Below are positions 13,801-25,760 of a stretch of DNA of 64,000 nucleotides, piece after piece. The position numbers and the translations under genes were made by a program. Positions within the stretch are counted from its first letter, which is position 1; the number at the start of each line of letters is the position of its first letter. The notes under the pieces were generated by a model that saw only the letters and a list, made by a program, of their open reading frames with translations, was not told the DNA's origin and searched no databases. The stretch spans positions 681,110-745,109 of the forward strand of contig NW_014577074.1 in NCBI RefSeq assembly GCF_000485595.1, read 5' to 3'. Source of the stretch: Priapulus caudatus (Eukaryota).

Positions 13801-16800
13801 AGCACAGAACCCTGGGGCATGCCAGATGCAACATACATATTGTATACATATAAGCACGCACGCACACACACACATATAATTTACACATTTTCTATAGACC
13901 TGATAAGACTATTAAATTTATGAGCACAATGCAATATATTTTACCTTGATCATTCGTGGCATCTCTATTTTCAAGTCCAAGATCAAATGACTTGATATCG
14001 AGTTCGACATATGGGAAGATGAGTTTCTCTTTGATAAGTTCCCATATTATTCTATCAAAAGATTAGTTTAAAATTAATCCTATTTCCCTGAGTATGAATT
14101 AAATGTAATTAAAGTCATGGCATGCATGTTGCAATTTTTACTATAAATATTTTACAGGCACAACAACCATGTACTATGTTGACAGCAACATCCAGGTTGG
14201 CCTACTCTCATTTCGTCAGTCTACTCCCAGAATGGGTAATATTAATTCCCATTTCGTCTACTCCCAGAATGAGTAATATTCCCATTTCGTCTACTCGCAG
14301 AATGCGTAATAACATGCAAGTGGGAAACCCTGCCTTTTTCTGTGAGTCTATGAGACTATAACTACTCAAAGGTGTGAATGGCTTAATACAAATTTTACAA
14401 TGACACTTAGTAAGAGGTATGATGATATATCAGGAGTGAATAATAGAGATCTCTATTATTCACTCCTGATGATATCATGCCTTTCATGTGACTCTAGGAC
14501 AGTAACAAGTCGGTAACCAACTAGTCAAAGGTGTGAATGGCTTAACGGTTATCTGGCTTATAACACAATGCCACCAATACTAGGAGAAATTAGTGTGGAT
14601 GCCACTATACAAGAAATCTTGTGTGGATGCCACTCAAAAGTAATATTTGACACGTATATATATGTCTATTTATTAGACAATTTGAGAGTAGACTAGGTTA
14701 TAAATTTTTCGTGCTACCATAGTTTCTATTTTTGTCAAGTTGACAAGTTGTCTTTTGGTTCCTGTAGTCTATGTATGCCAATCATATCCATATTTTACAT
14801 TTATAAATGATTATTTAGTGGACAAATTGATAGTAGACAAAATGGGAATGGGGTAGATTTTTAGTGTAGACGAATCAGGGGTAGTTGAAATGGGTGTAGA
14901 CCTCCAAGCAATAAACCATGACGACGACATTTGCAGGATTAACTGAACCATGAAAATATTCTGAACGAGTTACCTAGCACACATCACCTCCAGCAAAGAT
15001 CAATGACCCTAACATACAAGCATACATAGCACACGTGTAATCACTATTTATACATTCTTGAACTGTACCCCGTGCACATGCAATCCCACATGAACTTTGG
15101 TGTTTCTAACTACCACATTAATTGTTTCAGATTACATTATAGTTCAAACAAATGTACTTTCATGCACATGCATAGACACATGCATGCATGCATGTACACT
15201 TTTATCTACTGTACATTTATCAAATATAGATGGTTGGTAAATTTTAGAATTTGATTGTATTTACATTAATTCCGGCCTCGCCTTCAAATAAATTTATTTT
15301 ACTACTTCAGGCTAGATCAAAACAGTGAGATCATAGATAACAGAAGCACAGAATGTATGAACTAAACATCGAATTATAGTGGCAGTGAAAAGAATTTAAA
15401 TTGCTTGCAGAGAGATGTTTGTTCCATGAGAATTTTACATCAAGCAACAAAATCAATATGACCTTTGGGTGTTATCTGGCATCTCCGGAAAGCTCTAGTA
15501 TCAGCAACTTCCCCACAGGCATTTAGAGGACAAATTTTCAGCACAATCAATACCAGAGCTAGCTATCTGACATCTCCCTTTGTAAGCCATGGCAAACTGT
15601 ATCGACAAAGGCACTACAGCTGCTGTATCCCCACGAATTTCCGGAGTTGAATTTTATACGTTACATGTACAGTTCAATTTGTTAAGTGAATCGTTCTGTG
15701 ACAAGCACCTCGTATAATTAAACCTAGAGTGTCACTTTGCAGTACCCTAAATATGATACTATATGAATTTCCTGAGTTTCAAATGCTCCTCTATATATCT
15801 ATATTATGATTTCAGAAGTGTCATAATATAGAATATAGTATATATATTATGACACTCCTGATGACATATCATGAATTTTCTTACGCTTATATCTAATCAT
15901 TTAATAACTTCGATCAGGACATCCACCTGTACACAATATGCTTCCTTCACAATTCTACTATGAATAGAGAAAATATGCAAAAGTTGATACTATAATAGCC
16001 ACATTATGAAAATGTGATGTATATTAATTTCAGTTTAAATTTTAGGCTAAATATAACTCCAAAAATAGAACTTCAATATCTGCAATTATTATTTCATATA
16101 TGGCTATACTGTAAATCTGAAAATCTTGTACTGTAAATCTGTTAATTTGTACTCAACAAACCTGTGCAGATATACAAGTTTGGGATAATCATGAGTATAA
16201 GATGGCCATATGTGCCTCGTCCCATCATATACACATCATTCTAATCAGTCAGTGTTAATCTTTTTGGGTGTTTCAATTGATTCTATAGCTAGACAGTGTG
16301 TGCGTGTGCGCGTGCGTGTGCGTGCTCCGGGGTATATCCACATTACCAATTTAGCAATCGTATAAGAGGAGATTACAGCAGGCATCACTTGTCAGCAATT
16401 GTGTGATGATCCTTGAATGTCACCGGCAAGTTAGTTGGCATATCGTTAGTTACACAAAACCATGTTAGAAGAATGGAAGGAAAAACTATTGTTTACACCC
16501 TGTTCTACAACACTGTTAGAGAGACTGAGAGAGTATCTTAATTCGATCAGGCTTCAGCTTTAACTGTTTCGATTTTTTTGAACATTCATCGTTCAATATC
16601 AAGCAATTAAAATTATATGCAAAAACTTTAAAAATGCCACACATTTGGAAGTTTGATTTTGAATTTTTCCACAATCCTAGTTTGCATGGGACCCGGGTGC
16701 GTGATTTTTTCTCCCACTCACATAGTGGCATTAATTTGCATAAGCGGCGCTGATTGGCTGGCGGTTTCGTGCGCGCCATCTATGAGTTGTGAAGATTTAT

Positions 16801-17601
16801 GAGCCCATTATCACAGTCAGTACTACAGTATCATACTATATACAGTATGTGCTTTTGCTCTCGTTTTTATTCATGAAAATCCGTAATGAATCCGTGATAG
16901 TCAGCTATATTTCTTGCTGTGCATTGACAAAGCTTTTCCATGATGAGTTCACTGGTATAAAATTAACGGTAAAAGTGTCGCACGGGCAAAGTGTAGCGAT
17001 GCGGACATAGCGCCTGTATACACAGGTTATTTTAGACTCCGCGCCACCGCGCTAGCGAGCCTATAACGGCGCCTTTGTTTAGTGCCATTGCAACAGCCAA
17101 TCATCGCCACTTATGCAAATTAATGCCACTATCTGAGTGGGAATAAAAATCACGCGACCCTGGTACATATAGTTCGCATATGTGTGCTAAACTAAAACTA
17201 AACTAGGATTTGGCCGAAATTTGTCACTTTTGCCGTTTTGGTGCCCAAAAAATCGCTCAGCAAGAGGGAATTTGCCAGCTTTGCACACTTGAACATATCG
17301 CCATCGTATTTTCATAAGATATAATCGTATTTTCCTACATACATAACGGCACTATAATGCATAACATAAGAACCTACAAGTTAACGAATAGTTAGAACCG
17401 CTCACCTCGTCATTTCATCTCCCTTGACTTCCACCACGGTGCCACCTATAAAATAATGTCATGATATACGTTACAACTTACAAGTATAACTAAACACGGT
17501 TATAGAATGTAAAACAATCCAACACACGTAACTATATCATATCTAAGATAACCGATTTAAAAACCAAAATAATACACCATTATACCAGTGATTTTCCCCA
17601 T
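7878..17601 (-). CDS. IDH1: Cytosolic NADP-dependent isocitrate dehydrogenase, 414 aa
   Basis: 11 exons: 17586-17601, 17406-17445, 13945-14051, 12383-12469, 11914-12074, 11561-11704, 11256-11392, 9523-9674, 9121-9261, 8236-8401, 7878-7971 (1245 nt in total). Starts [19 protein letters not shown], so there is no mitochondrial presequence. Contains [47 protein letters not shown] and [11 protein letters not shown]. Ends TTDRKL*. Confidence 0.97.
10015..11224 (-). mobile_element. Non-autonomous Helentron/HINE (DINE-1-like) element, family A copy 1
   Basis: Read on the minus strand: 5' TTAGCTCATCTGAC hairpin, then a (CCGT)n microsatellite (~11100-11172), TGACCTTTGACC motifs, and a 3' subterminal inverted repeat GATGAGCG plus GC hairpin plus ACTTGT. 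Inserted in a T-run with no TSD. A close copy lies at 26988-28187. Confidence 0.8.
12890..13326. mobile_element. Non-autonomous DNA transposon with CAGGG termini (hAT-like ends)
   Basis: 12-bp TIRs CAGGGTTCTCCC / GGGAGAACCCTG. GAATC is repeated on both flanks (only 5 bp, not the 8 bp typical of hAT). Confidence 0.6.
14196..14917. repeat. Degenerate element with inverted subterminal tandem repeats
   Basis: CCCATTTCGTCTACT units at 14200-14316 face reverse-complement-like AGTAGACAAAATGGG units at ~14830-14900. A 28-bp direct repeat lies inside (~14379 and ~14517). Confidence 0.45.
14431..14468. repeat. 38-bp perfect palindrome; candidate TIR-only transposon footprint
   Basis: CAGGAGTGAATAATAGAGA + TCTCTATTATTCACTCCTG. 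ATGATAT occurs on both flanks (offset by one AT on the left). Confidence 0.6.
15813..15860. repeat. 48-bp hairpin with 18-bp arms; candidate TIR-only transposon footprint
   Basis: CAGAAGTGTCATAATATA ... TATATTATGACACTCCTG. Degenerate flanking repeat ATGATTT / ATGACAT. Confidence 0.55.
16673..17210. repeat. Inverted-repeat (MITE-like) element in IDH1 intron 2
   Basis: Arms 16673-16760 and 17094-17210 are reverse complements (CCCACTCACATAGTGGCATTAATTTGCATAAG vs CTTATGCAAATTAATGCCACTATCTGAGTGGG). Each arm has an octamer and a CCAAT. Confidence 0.65.
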
Positions 17602-18489
17602 TTTCCTGAAAGGTTTTCTGATCGTCCTGGTCAGAGTTCTCTCTCGGCAACGGGTGATCGACAATCGGCCACGGGTGTGTGAACTGTAGACGAGACACTT
17701 GTCGTGTCCGATACGATTTGTCTACGCGATGGGAAAGTATTGTGCCGTCTAGCGTAAATCGCTGCCGGCGATAAAACGTGCGCGCGCTTATCCGGAAGTT
17801 TGCCGACAACGTTGGCGATGGAGAGTTAAGAGCAGACAGAAAAACCACTTTCATCCGTAAATTCATGAACATGGTTGCGCGTACGTTCATTGTACTATTT
17901 TGATTTTACCAATAGCTAATATTAGCTCTTGATTTTACTGTCCTTATTCCAACAATGCCATTTAGAGTCATGGTCAGTCATCTTCGATCAATGATGTACC
18001 AGCATGCATGTATACATAGATTGACGTATTATCATAGACAAAGAATATCTTCTAAGATATTGTATTATTTGTGTTATATGTATTATTTGCATTATATGCT
18101 GGGTATAAAGCATGATGTATCAGTTCTTAATTAAGACATATCATTAAAAAGATGCTCATCTTATCCCACCAATAACGCAACGACTTTAAATTGCGACTGC
18201 TGAGCAGATGAGCTCATGTGCGGCAACGGTGGTAGCGAAACGGTCGTTTATTGCTAAATATACACTAGCATGATATATGACAGTTATATATATTATATAT
18301 GACATATAATATGACAGCTCAATTAAATATCCTTTATCTCCTCTTGTATGTTACCCTCCTATCTATGGTTTTAGCAAAATTTGAGAAACATAACAAATAT
18401 ACATATATAACAAAAAATAACAAATATAACAAAATATAACAAAAAAATTGTTTGTTATATAAAAATTGCACAGGGCAATTGTCACCAAT

Positions 18490-20008
18490 AAGCCACTTCG
18501 TAGTTACGCACTGGAGCCCTATGACGTCATTGGGTCATAGGTCATTTGTACATAGCTGAGAATATCGATCGCGCGTTCGCTCGTACGCACTTGTCGTATA
18601 CCACATAATATGCATGAATGTTATACAGAAGCTATGTAAAATCGTGCGTGCGTTTGTATTCTGTACTGAACCGATCGACTGTCTGCCTGTGCTTTTTGTT
18701 TTTTGGATTTTTACGTATGTGTATGATATTCATTGTGGGGTATTTTAGGTAGATATGCAGTGTCGGTTCTTCTCGGTCAGTCAGTCTCGGTCATATCATT
18801 TATGTATGGATGTCTTTTTGCTCCCTGGATTTCTTAATTCTAATACAACAGAAATGCACACTCAAACATACATGTAATTAACTTGCAAAGCATATCTATT
18901 GACTCATGTTTAATGCACGTCTAACTACATATGAACAAGGAGGAATGTTAACCTCTAAATACATTGTACAAGCAATTAAAGCAATGAAAATGGGAAAATT
19001 GTGTACGTGTATACTTGTATGAAACTTGCAAATGTGATAATTTATAATGTAGCAAGTTTAAAAAATAGCAATGAAATAAACGCGTTTCCATTTGAGAGAT
19101 AGCAGCTAGGGAATAAACATGTATCATAGTTTCTTATATTTCTTATTATTAATATATATGAAAACCTTCAATTTAAGTACCATTTGATATTAATAATAAA
19201 AAATATATGCGTGATTCCTGTTTCATGTGTAAATGGTATTTTAGCTGCCATAGTATAGACATATATTGTAATCAAAATACTAATAACTGAAATAGTATGC
19301 ATTCAAACAATGTTATGATTATTATATTATTTTATGTTTATTAATGAATGCTATTTAATTATTGAATGTTCGTTGCTTTATTAATTAAGTATATAATTGA
19401 GAATGAGATGTAACTGCATGTGTATGAATGATGCAATGAGAAAATGGTGATGGAGACGTCTGATCATCTGATGTTTATTATGACAATTACAGAAACTTTG
19501 GTGAGAATGAAAAATATTAAGGAAACCTTTCCATAAATGATGGACTTAAAATAGTTTTATAATGTCTTAATTCTCATGTGTACAAATAGCTACTAGGTAA
19601 ACTCGAAAGTTTTTCACACATGCATCTTTACGTTATTGCCATAATTAGTAGGCACTGAAATCATTACATGGGTCTTCTATAAACATGTATCCCTATACCT
19701 AAAAGACAGGATATCAGTTATAACCACGCATTTTTTCATTTATCAACTAAGTAACAGACAACAAAATTGAACAAATAACATGTATTTGTTCTACATGTAT
19801 CAATGAAGTTTACACACATTCTATATTGGGCAAATCTTAGTTAAATGTGATGTTATTTCCAACTTAGACAAAAATAATACAGTACGTACGGTTACACTTG
19901 CTATCACACGCCACGGAGACCCAGCGAGCGTTTTATGTACAATTGACCTTTGGCAAAAGTTCACGCCAGAATCTCGCGCATGCTCAATGCGTAACTACGA
20001 AGTGGCTT
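18490..20008. mobile_element. ~1.5-kb non-autonomous DNA transposon with AT target duplication (ISL2EU-like)
   Basis: Perfect 21-bp TIRs AAGCCACTTCGTAGTTACGCA / TGCGTAACTACGAAGTGGCTT, each flanked by AT. AT-rich non-coding interior. Confidence 0.75.
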
Positions 20009-20016
20009 ATAGCAAC

Positions 20017-20059
20017 CACTGATCTCTATAATATCATTATTATATTATAGAGATCAGTG
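20017..20059. mobile_element. 43-bp palindrome with a perfect 8-bp TSD (probable P-superfamily excision footprint)
   Basis: CACTGATCTCTATAATA-tcattatta-TATTATAGAGATCAGTG, flanked by ATAGCAAC at 20009-20016 and 20060-20067. Confidence 0.7.
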
Positions 20060-20169
20060 ATAGCAACGCGTATTATAACGTCGGCTAGGAATTATGGCGG
20101 GAAATCGCACGTGTAAAATGCAATCGGGAACCCTCGGACCATTCAACAGAATAGCGCTCATAGTTGTAT

Positions 20170-20275
20170 AAATATAACTCTATAATATAGCGTCTATAAC
20201 ATAACTCTAACAATAGCGTCTATAACATAACATAACTCTATAATATAGGTCTAAAATATATAACTCTATGATAGC
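20170..20275. repeat. Short AT-rich minisatellite upstream of the homeobox gene
   Basis: About four degenerate ATAACTCTATAATATAGCGTCT-like units. Confidence 0.6.
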
Positions 20276-20493
20276 GCAAGACTAGAAACTCTTTTCTGGG
20301 AATGACGGAAAGAGCCGAATGGGTTTTCCGATTGGTGTAAAATGTGGTGGTGGCGTGATGCACGTGCTGTCGCGCGCGCACGTGCTGCGTGGGTGCACTG
20401 TGCGTGGGTGTCGTTGTATCACATTGTTTATGGACTCTCGTACATAATGAAGTGATTACATTGTACTTAAAAGAAAAACAACAACATCAAAGC

Positions 20494-23400
20494 ATGGATG
20501 ATCAACTTAAAAAGTATACTGAAGCGTGGCACGGGCTGAATGGCGATAATGATGACCATTTTAGGATTACATTAGCCGGAGAAATATGTCGCATTCTAGC
20601 TGAAAGAGGAGCATACGAAAAGATGGATGCCTTCATTACTAAGGAAATTGTGAACACTGACGGCTATTTTGATAACGAGAAATTTGCTATAAATGTTATT
20701 AAACTTGCAATCCATAAAAATGATTTCACCAGAGCCTACAAACTGATAAAGGTACGCATTAATACTTTACCGAGCGCATTGTTTTTTCCCCCTAGTTATG
20801 ACTAGTTATGAATTTAATTCAATTGACTAACTTTTAAGTCAATTATTTTATAATGATTCCATGTAAGCTAGTACATGGATTTGTCATAAAATAATTTACT
20901 CGTATATTGTCATGAAATCCGATGAAATTATTCCAATATCAAATTATGGTAGTTTGCGAATATTGCTGAATATTTATTATTATACTTTGTTGCAGGATGG
21001 CCGTTTCGCTGGAAAAAGTAGGATGATTAGACTGTGGGATGGCGCACACTACAAAGAAATAGAACTGCGCACGAAAAGAACACTGACATCCCTAGACAGG
21101 TTCAGAATAAGGCAGAGGTAGTATGCCTAATCATATGTAATAATGTAATTACGTGGTTTCATTGCGATATGCTAAGATTCATTGCGATATGCAATATGCA
21201 TATCCGCACCATTTTGCATCTAAAATAGTAAATAAAATTTAGGAGTAATGTTCACGTACATACTATCAATTGCGTATGTCTCTGTATTATTAATTGGTAT
21301 TAAATGCTGGTCTACTCTAAGACATTGTGATCCGTTTTAAAGGTATTTGCCACCTGGCAGCATTCTGCCACATGGTGTAAGGCCAAAAGTGACCATTAAC
21401 AGCAAATCGAGAAGGGTGCTGAGTAACTGGCTTCATGAACACGAAAAACATCCCTTTCCATCAAAGAAAGAAATTAGGGAATTATACAAACTGTCCAGAC
21501 TTTCCTCGACACAGGTGACGACACAGCTTTTGTAATAATAACTATGCATGGCCACATAGATTCAAGGACCATCTGATTGATGCATGGCTACCATATCGCC
21601 GCTGCTGTTTTACTGCTACTAATGCTGCTGCTTCTGATGATTTTGCTTTACCACTGATACAACGGTTACTTCTGCTCTCTACTAATTATTATAATTATTA
21701 TTCTAATTTTACACTTAGGTACGCAACTGGTTTGTAAATGTACGGCGCTGTATGAGAAAGCAGGGACGCTTGCCGAAACGCCAACCCAATGTGCATGCTA
21801 AACAGATCTGCAGGACTGAAAGGGTAGACAGTTCGACAATGGAATATAAAGACACAGGGTCAGCTGTCTTATCTCCACACGTAGATGCTGCCAAGTCTGA
21901 TGCCAATTGTAATGGAATCAACATAGACGTTTCTTATAACATATCCAAGGGTGGTGATATTGCAGGCACATTGGCACCAGTAGAAAAACTTTTGGGGAGT
22001 TCTTCAGAGTCATCCCAGAAACAAGAGGTTTCTCCAGTTGGGAAAAAGATAGTAGAAATAGGTTCGTGTGTAGGCGAGGGAATATGGCATGAAGAGAATC
22101 ATCAAAGACCTTTGTTACTCAAACCCGAGCCCATCACAAGTACAAAATATGGGCATTACAACATTGATGAGACTGTTTGCAGGAATGCTGGGCTTCTTTC
22201 ATTGACTCAACAGCTTTCAGGCAATGACTTTGAGACTCCATCTTTATCAGATTCACCTTTAATTATAGGTGCCCCACAAGACGTAACAGATCCCATTTGC
22301 TTGGGTGCCAACAGTCCTTTGGTGCCTCTGCCAACATTTTCACAGAATATGACCATGGGCACAATTTCTTTCTTTGTCCCCAGTGTTAACGATGTTACAT
22401 TGCTAGATAGAACTGCTCATGCCAGTGCTGAATGTTGGCCCTCTCTATCAACACTCACTTATTTACCAACTGCAGAAGTTAGCAATGATAATATCAGCTC
22501 AGTGTCTACTCCAAAATCTTTAGGTACCCCTCCAAAAAACGTCGAACTGTTTAAGCTACAGATGGTCCAAAACATTAATCCCCTGCAGGATCCGACAGAG
22601 AATTTCTCATCTAGCTCTTCTGGAAGTTGCCCAGTGCAACAGGTTTTAGGTGCTACAGATGCAGAATTGTTAGCAAGCTTTATACTTCCACCATTGGCTC
22701 CATCCGACACAGGTGGTTCTCATGTGTTTATAAATGACCCTGGTGATTCATCGAGCTCACAGTTATACTTAGGTGATCCAATCTCACAGTTATCATCAGG
22801 TGGTCCACACTCTCAGTTGTCATCAGGTGATCCATGCTCCCAGTTGTCATCAAGTGATCCATGCTCACAGTTGTCATCAGGTGGTCCATGCTCACAGGTG
22901 GTCTCATGTGACCTTGGTTTCCAGTTAGGTTCATGTGATCCGGATTCCCAGAATTCTCCATGTACGCCTGGTTCCCAGTTGTCTTTGAATGATCAAGATA
23001 TATATCATCCTGCTAGTGCTAGTGGACCCGGGGCACAACTGGACTTTGCTGACATGACTGTTAACCAAATTCAGACAGGGAATTTAAGTTCCCAGTCATC
23101 GTACGGGCACACAGATTGGCAAAGGAATTTTTCTCATCCATGTTCAGATTTGATATGCCCCCAGTTGCAGTTTCCTGGTGGGACATCAGTCCAGTTGCCC
23201 CAAGGTCGTACAGAAGCAGAAGGAATTAGCATCGCTGCTCAACTTCCCTTCAGTGATGATGGTGATCAGAGCTCCACAGGTGGTACACCATTCCAGTTTC
23301 ATTCAAATGAGAAGGAAGTAAAGTCTAACTGCCTGGGGACCATAGAGTCATTGTATGGAGGAGTGAACTCTACTACACAGGAACTGCATGACAACTCAAA

Positions 23401-23720
23401 TGACAAGGTAATGAGTAATACCCAGTGTGATTGGTAAATCATAAAACGTGCATTTTACTTAAATGTGGTAACACGAATTTGTCTACAATTGTCTGTCTAA
23501 ATCCTATACAAGTAGAGCGTGGTAAAATCGTCTAATATACGCTATTAATTTAAAATCGGATAAACCTACATTATAATTAAAATCAGTTTTGCATGATTTT
23601 GCTGATGTCTGCCCTGCCTTATAGGACAGCCATCTTAGAGAGGCTGCTGCCATGGCACTAATAGAGCTTCACCATTCTCCACCTGGCCGAGACATCCTGA
23701 ACCGAAATGTATTATTATAA
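20494..23720 (+). CDS. Divergent homeobox protein: SIX domain + TALE-length homeodomain + long Ser/Pro-rich tail (ANHX-like), 778 aa
   Basis: Exons 20494-20751, 20996-21117, 21343-21514, 21719-23407, 23625-23720 (TAA), 2337 nt, all phases consistent. SIX-domain signatures: ICRILAERG, NE, AIHKNDFTRAYKL, LWDGAHYKEIE, RFRIRQRYLPPGSI. Homeodomain: KSRRVLSNWLHEHEKHPFPSKKEIRELYKLSRLSSTQ|VRNWFVNVRR. Confidence 0.88.
22743..22985 (+). repeat. Coding 27-bp (9-aa) tandem repeat GDPCSQLSS in the homeobox tail
   Basis: GDPISQLSS GGPHSQLSS GDPCSQLSS SDPCSQLSS GGPCSQVVS CDLGFQLGS CDPDSQNSP CTPGSQLSL in the 21752..23437 frame. Confidence 0.85.
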
Positions 23721-25760
23721 TACTCGTGAGTCATGATTAACAGATGCATGTCTTGTAAGAAAGGGTAATGATAATTCACATCTCATGAAACTTTTCAGTC
23801 ACAATATTTATGTGTTTCAATGAAATGCTGTAATATAAATGTAGTGTGGTATGGATGTTTAATATTTCAATAGTTTTCATGACCTAGAACCACAAGTGGA
23901 TAGTTTTGTACACAGCCATAGGAATTGGCCTCTCTATTGCTCAATTAGTTTGTTACTTGCTTGACTAGAAGTCAGGATACTGGTCCAACTTGCTATCAAG
24001 TATAATTGTTTACAAATGTTTTTCTCATATATTTTACAGTAAATTGCACAAACATGATTTTTTGATTTTACTACGTTGATTAAACTTGTCATAAATATGT
24101 GACATGGAGAGTCAGGCATATGATTATATATCGCGTGGCTTATTGGATTCTGATTAATTGTATCAGTAATGTATTCATCAATTATACACTAACTTGTAAG
24201 TATTGGCATCCCTGCTTCTACTTGGCATGAATACAGAATGAGTCAGTTGCTCAGTAAATAAATTTTGTTTTCTCAATTAGGAAAATATTAGGCTTAAGAG
24301 TAAGTCTAATCATATAAACAGCAACTGAATAATGGTGAATAGCATTGTCAGAACATCTAGATTGTACACAATAAGTGTGTTTGATATTATAGTCAACCAT
24401 TTAAAACTGCTAAATAGGCAGACTTTATAAACCATCAACTGACGTGATACTTCTTGTACTAGATCACTCATATAAGTGTTAAGGTACTGGTTAGGTAATC
24501 CGGGATTATGTGCTAATCAACAGAACTGACATTTCATTCTAATTCTGAAATATATTCTGATACTAAATCAACCTAATGAAAAGAATCTTGGGAAATGTTA
24601 ACAAAAATGGTCAATTTGTATTTCCAATTATTTTATTTTAAAATTTACTTGTGAGTTTGTTACAATGTTTATGTATTTAATGTTATAAAACGTTACTGTT
24701 TATGAACATACATAGTTGTTACCATAACCATTTAAGAATTTTTGCAAACAGTTATCACGTTTAATTCAATATAAGTGTGTTCTTATAAACTTGTCTTATT
24801 CTATTTCATAATGACGTCACGTGTACATACAGTTTACAAACATAAACGTATCTGCCATTACATTACAATTATCCACTAGCCTTGAGCTTCACACAGTTTT
24901 CTCAATTTGCTTATTCAATGAAACGTGAAATCTGCCTTTGTCACAGTGTTGATGGTGCTTATAGGCATGTTGTTCCTCGTAAACATGTCTGACGTGTCCT
25001 AAGAAATTTGATTTCCATAGCTAGTTGATCTACGCACGTGTTTGTGAAACAGGTGACTAAATGTTAAAGCAAATCACATGCAAAATAAGCAGTCTGGTAA
25101 ACAGGCAAACATGTTCATTCGGATGCACACACTAGTATAACTACTTAAAACTTAGATAACTTATTGGCAATGTTTACTCGACTAGCTATTTGAATTACAA
25201 TCCCTTACAGCAGTCACAGTATAGACCCAATGAAATGTTGCTCACACGATTTTAAATGCTCTCCAGGATTTTCTTTTCCATGTTATATCAAAGCGTTTAC
25301 ATATCAGCACAGGGTAGACATGGGCAGTCGTATGTCCTTTTGTTAACATAGTGGCTGGTAATGAATCAAAAGGAAAGCCTTGCAATTGCATACTGCTAAG
25401 TGCTTTGCTTTGATAAGGGATGCTGTTAATCACTGTAATCAGACAGGCCAAACTCAATTGTATAGGTACACCATCTACATTGCATTAACTGTGATTTTTG
25501 AATAAAAAGTTTAACAGTTTACAAACAGTTTCATAGTAGCAGCAAAACACCTTTACACATGTTTATACAAATTAGCCGTGCCCAAACTTCAAGAACGAAT
25601 CACATTTTGGTAACAATGCCCAACTACTTGACAAAAATGGTAATGTTTGGCATCTAGGGATCCCCAACATAAAAGCCAACTTTTACATGATCATTTTATT
25701 GCATTCCCATGAACATATTGGTATTTACACGCAGGGAATACAGATTCACTTTAAATAAAG

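Noticed and set aside
21752..23437. 561-aa ORF as a stand-alone gene
   Set aside because: It is exon 4 of the homeobox gene. The frame begins upstream at the 21719 acceptor with homeodomain helix 3.
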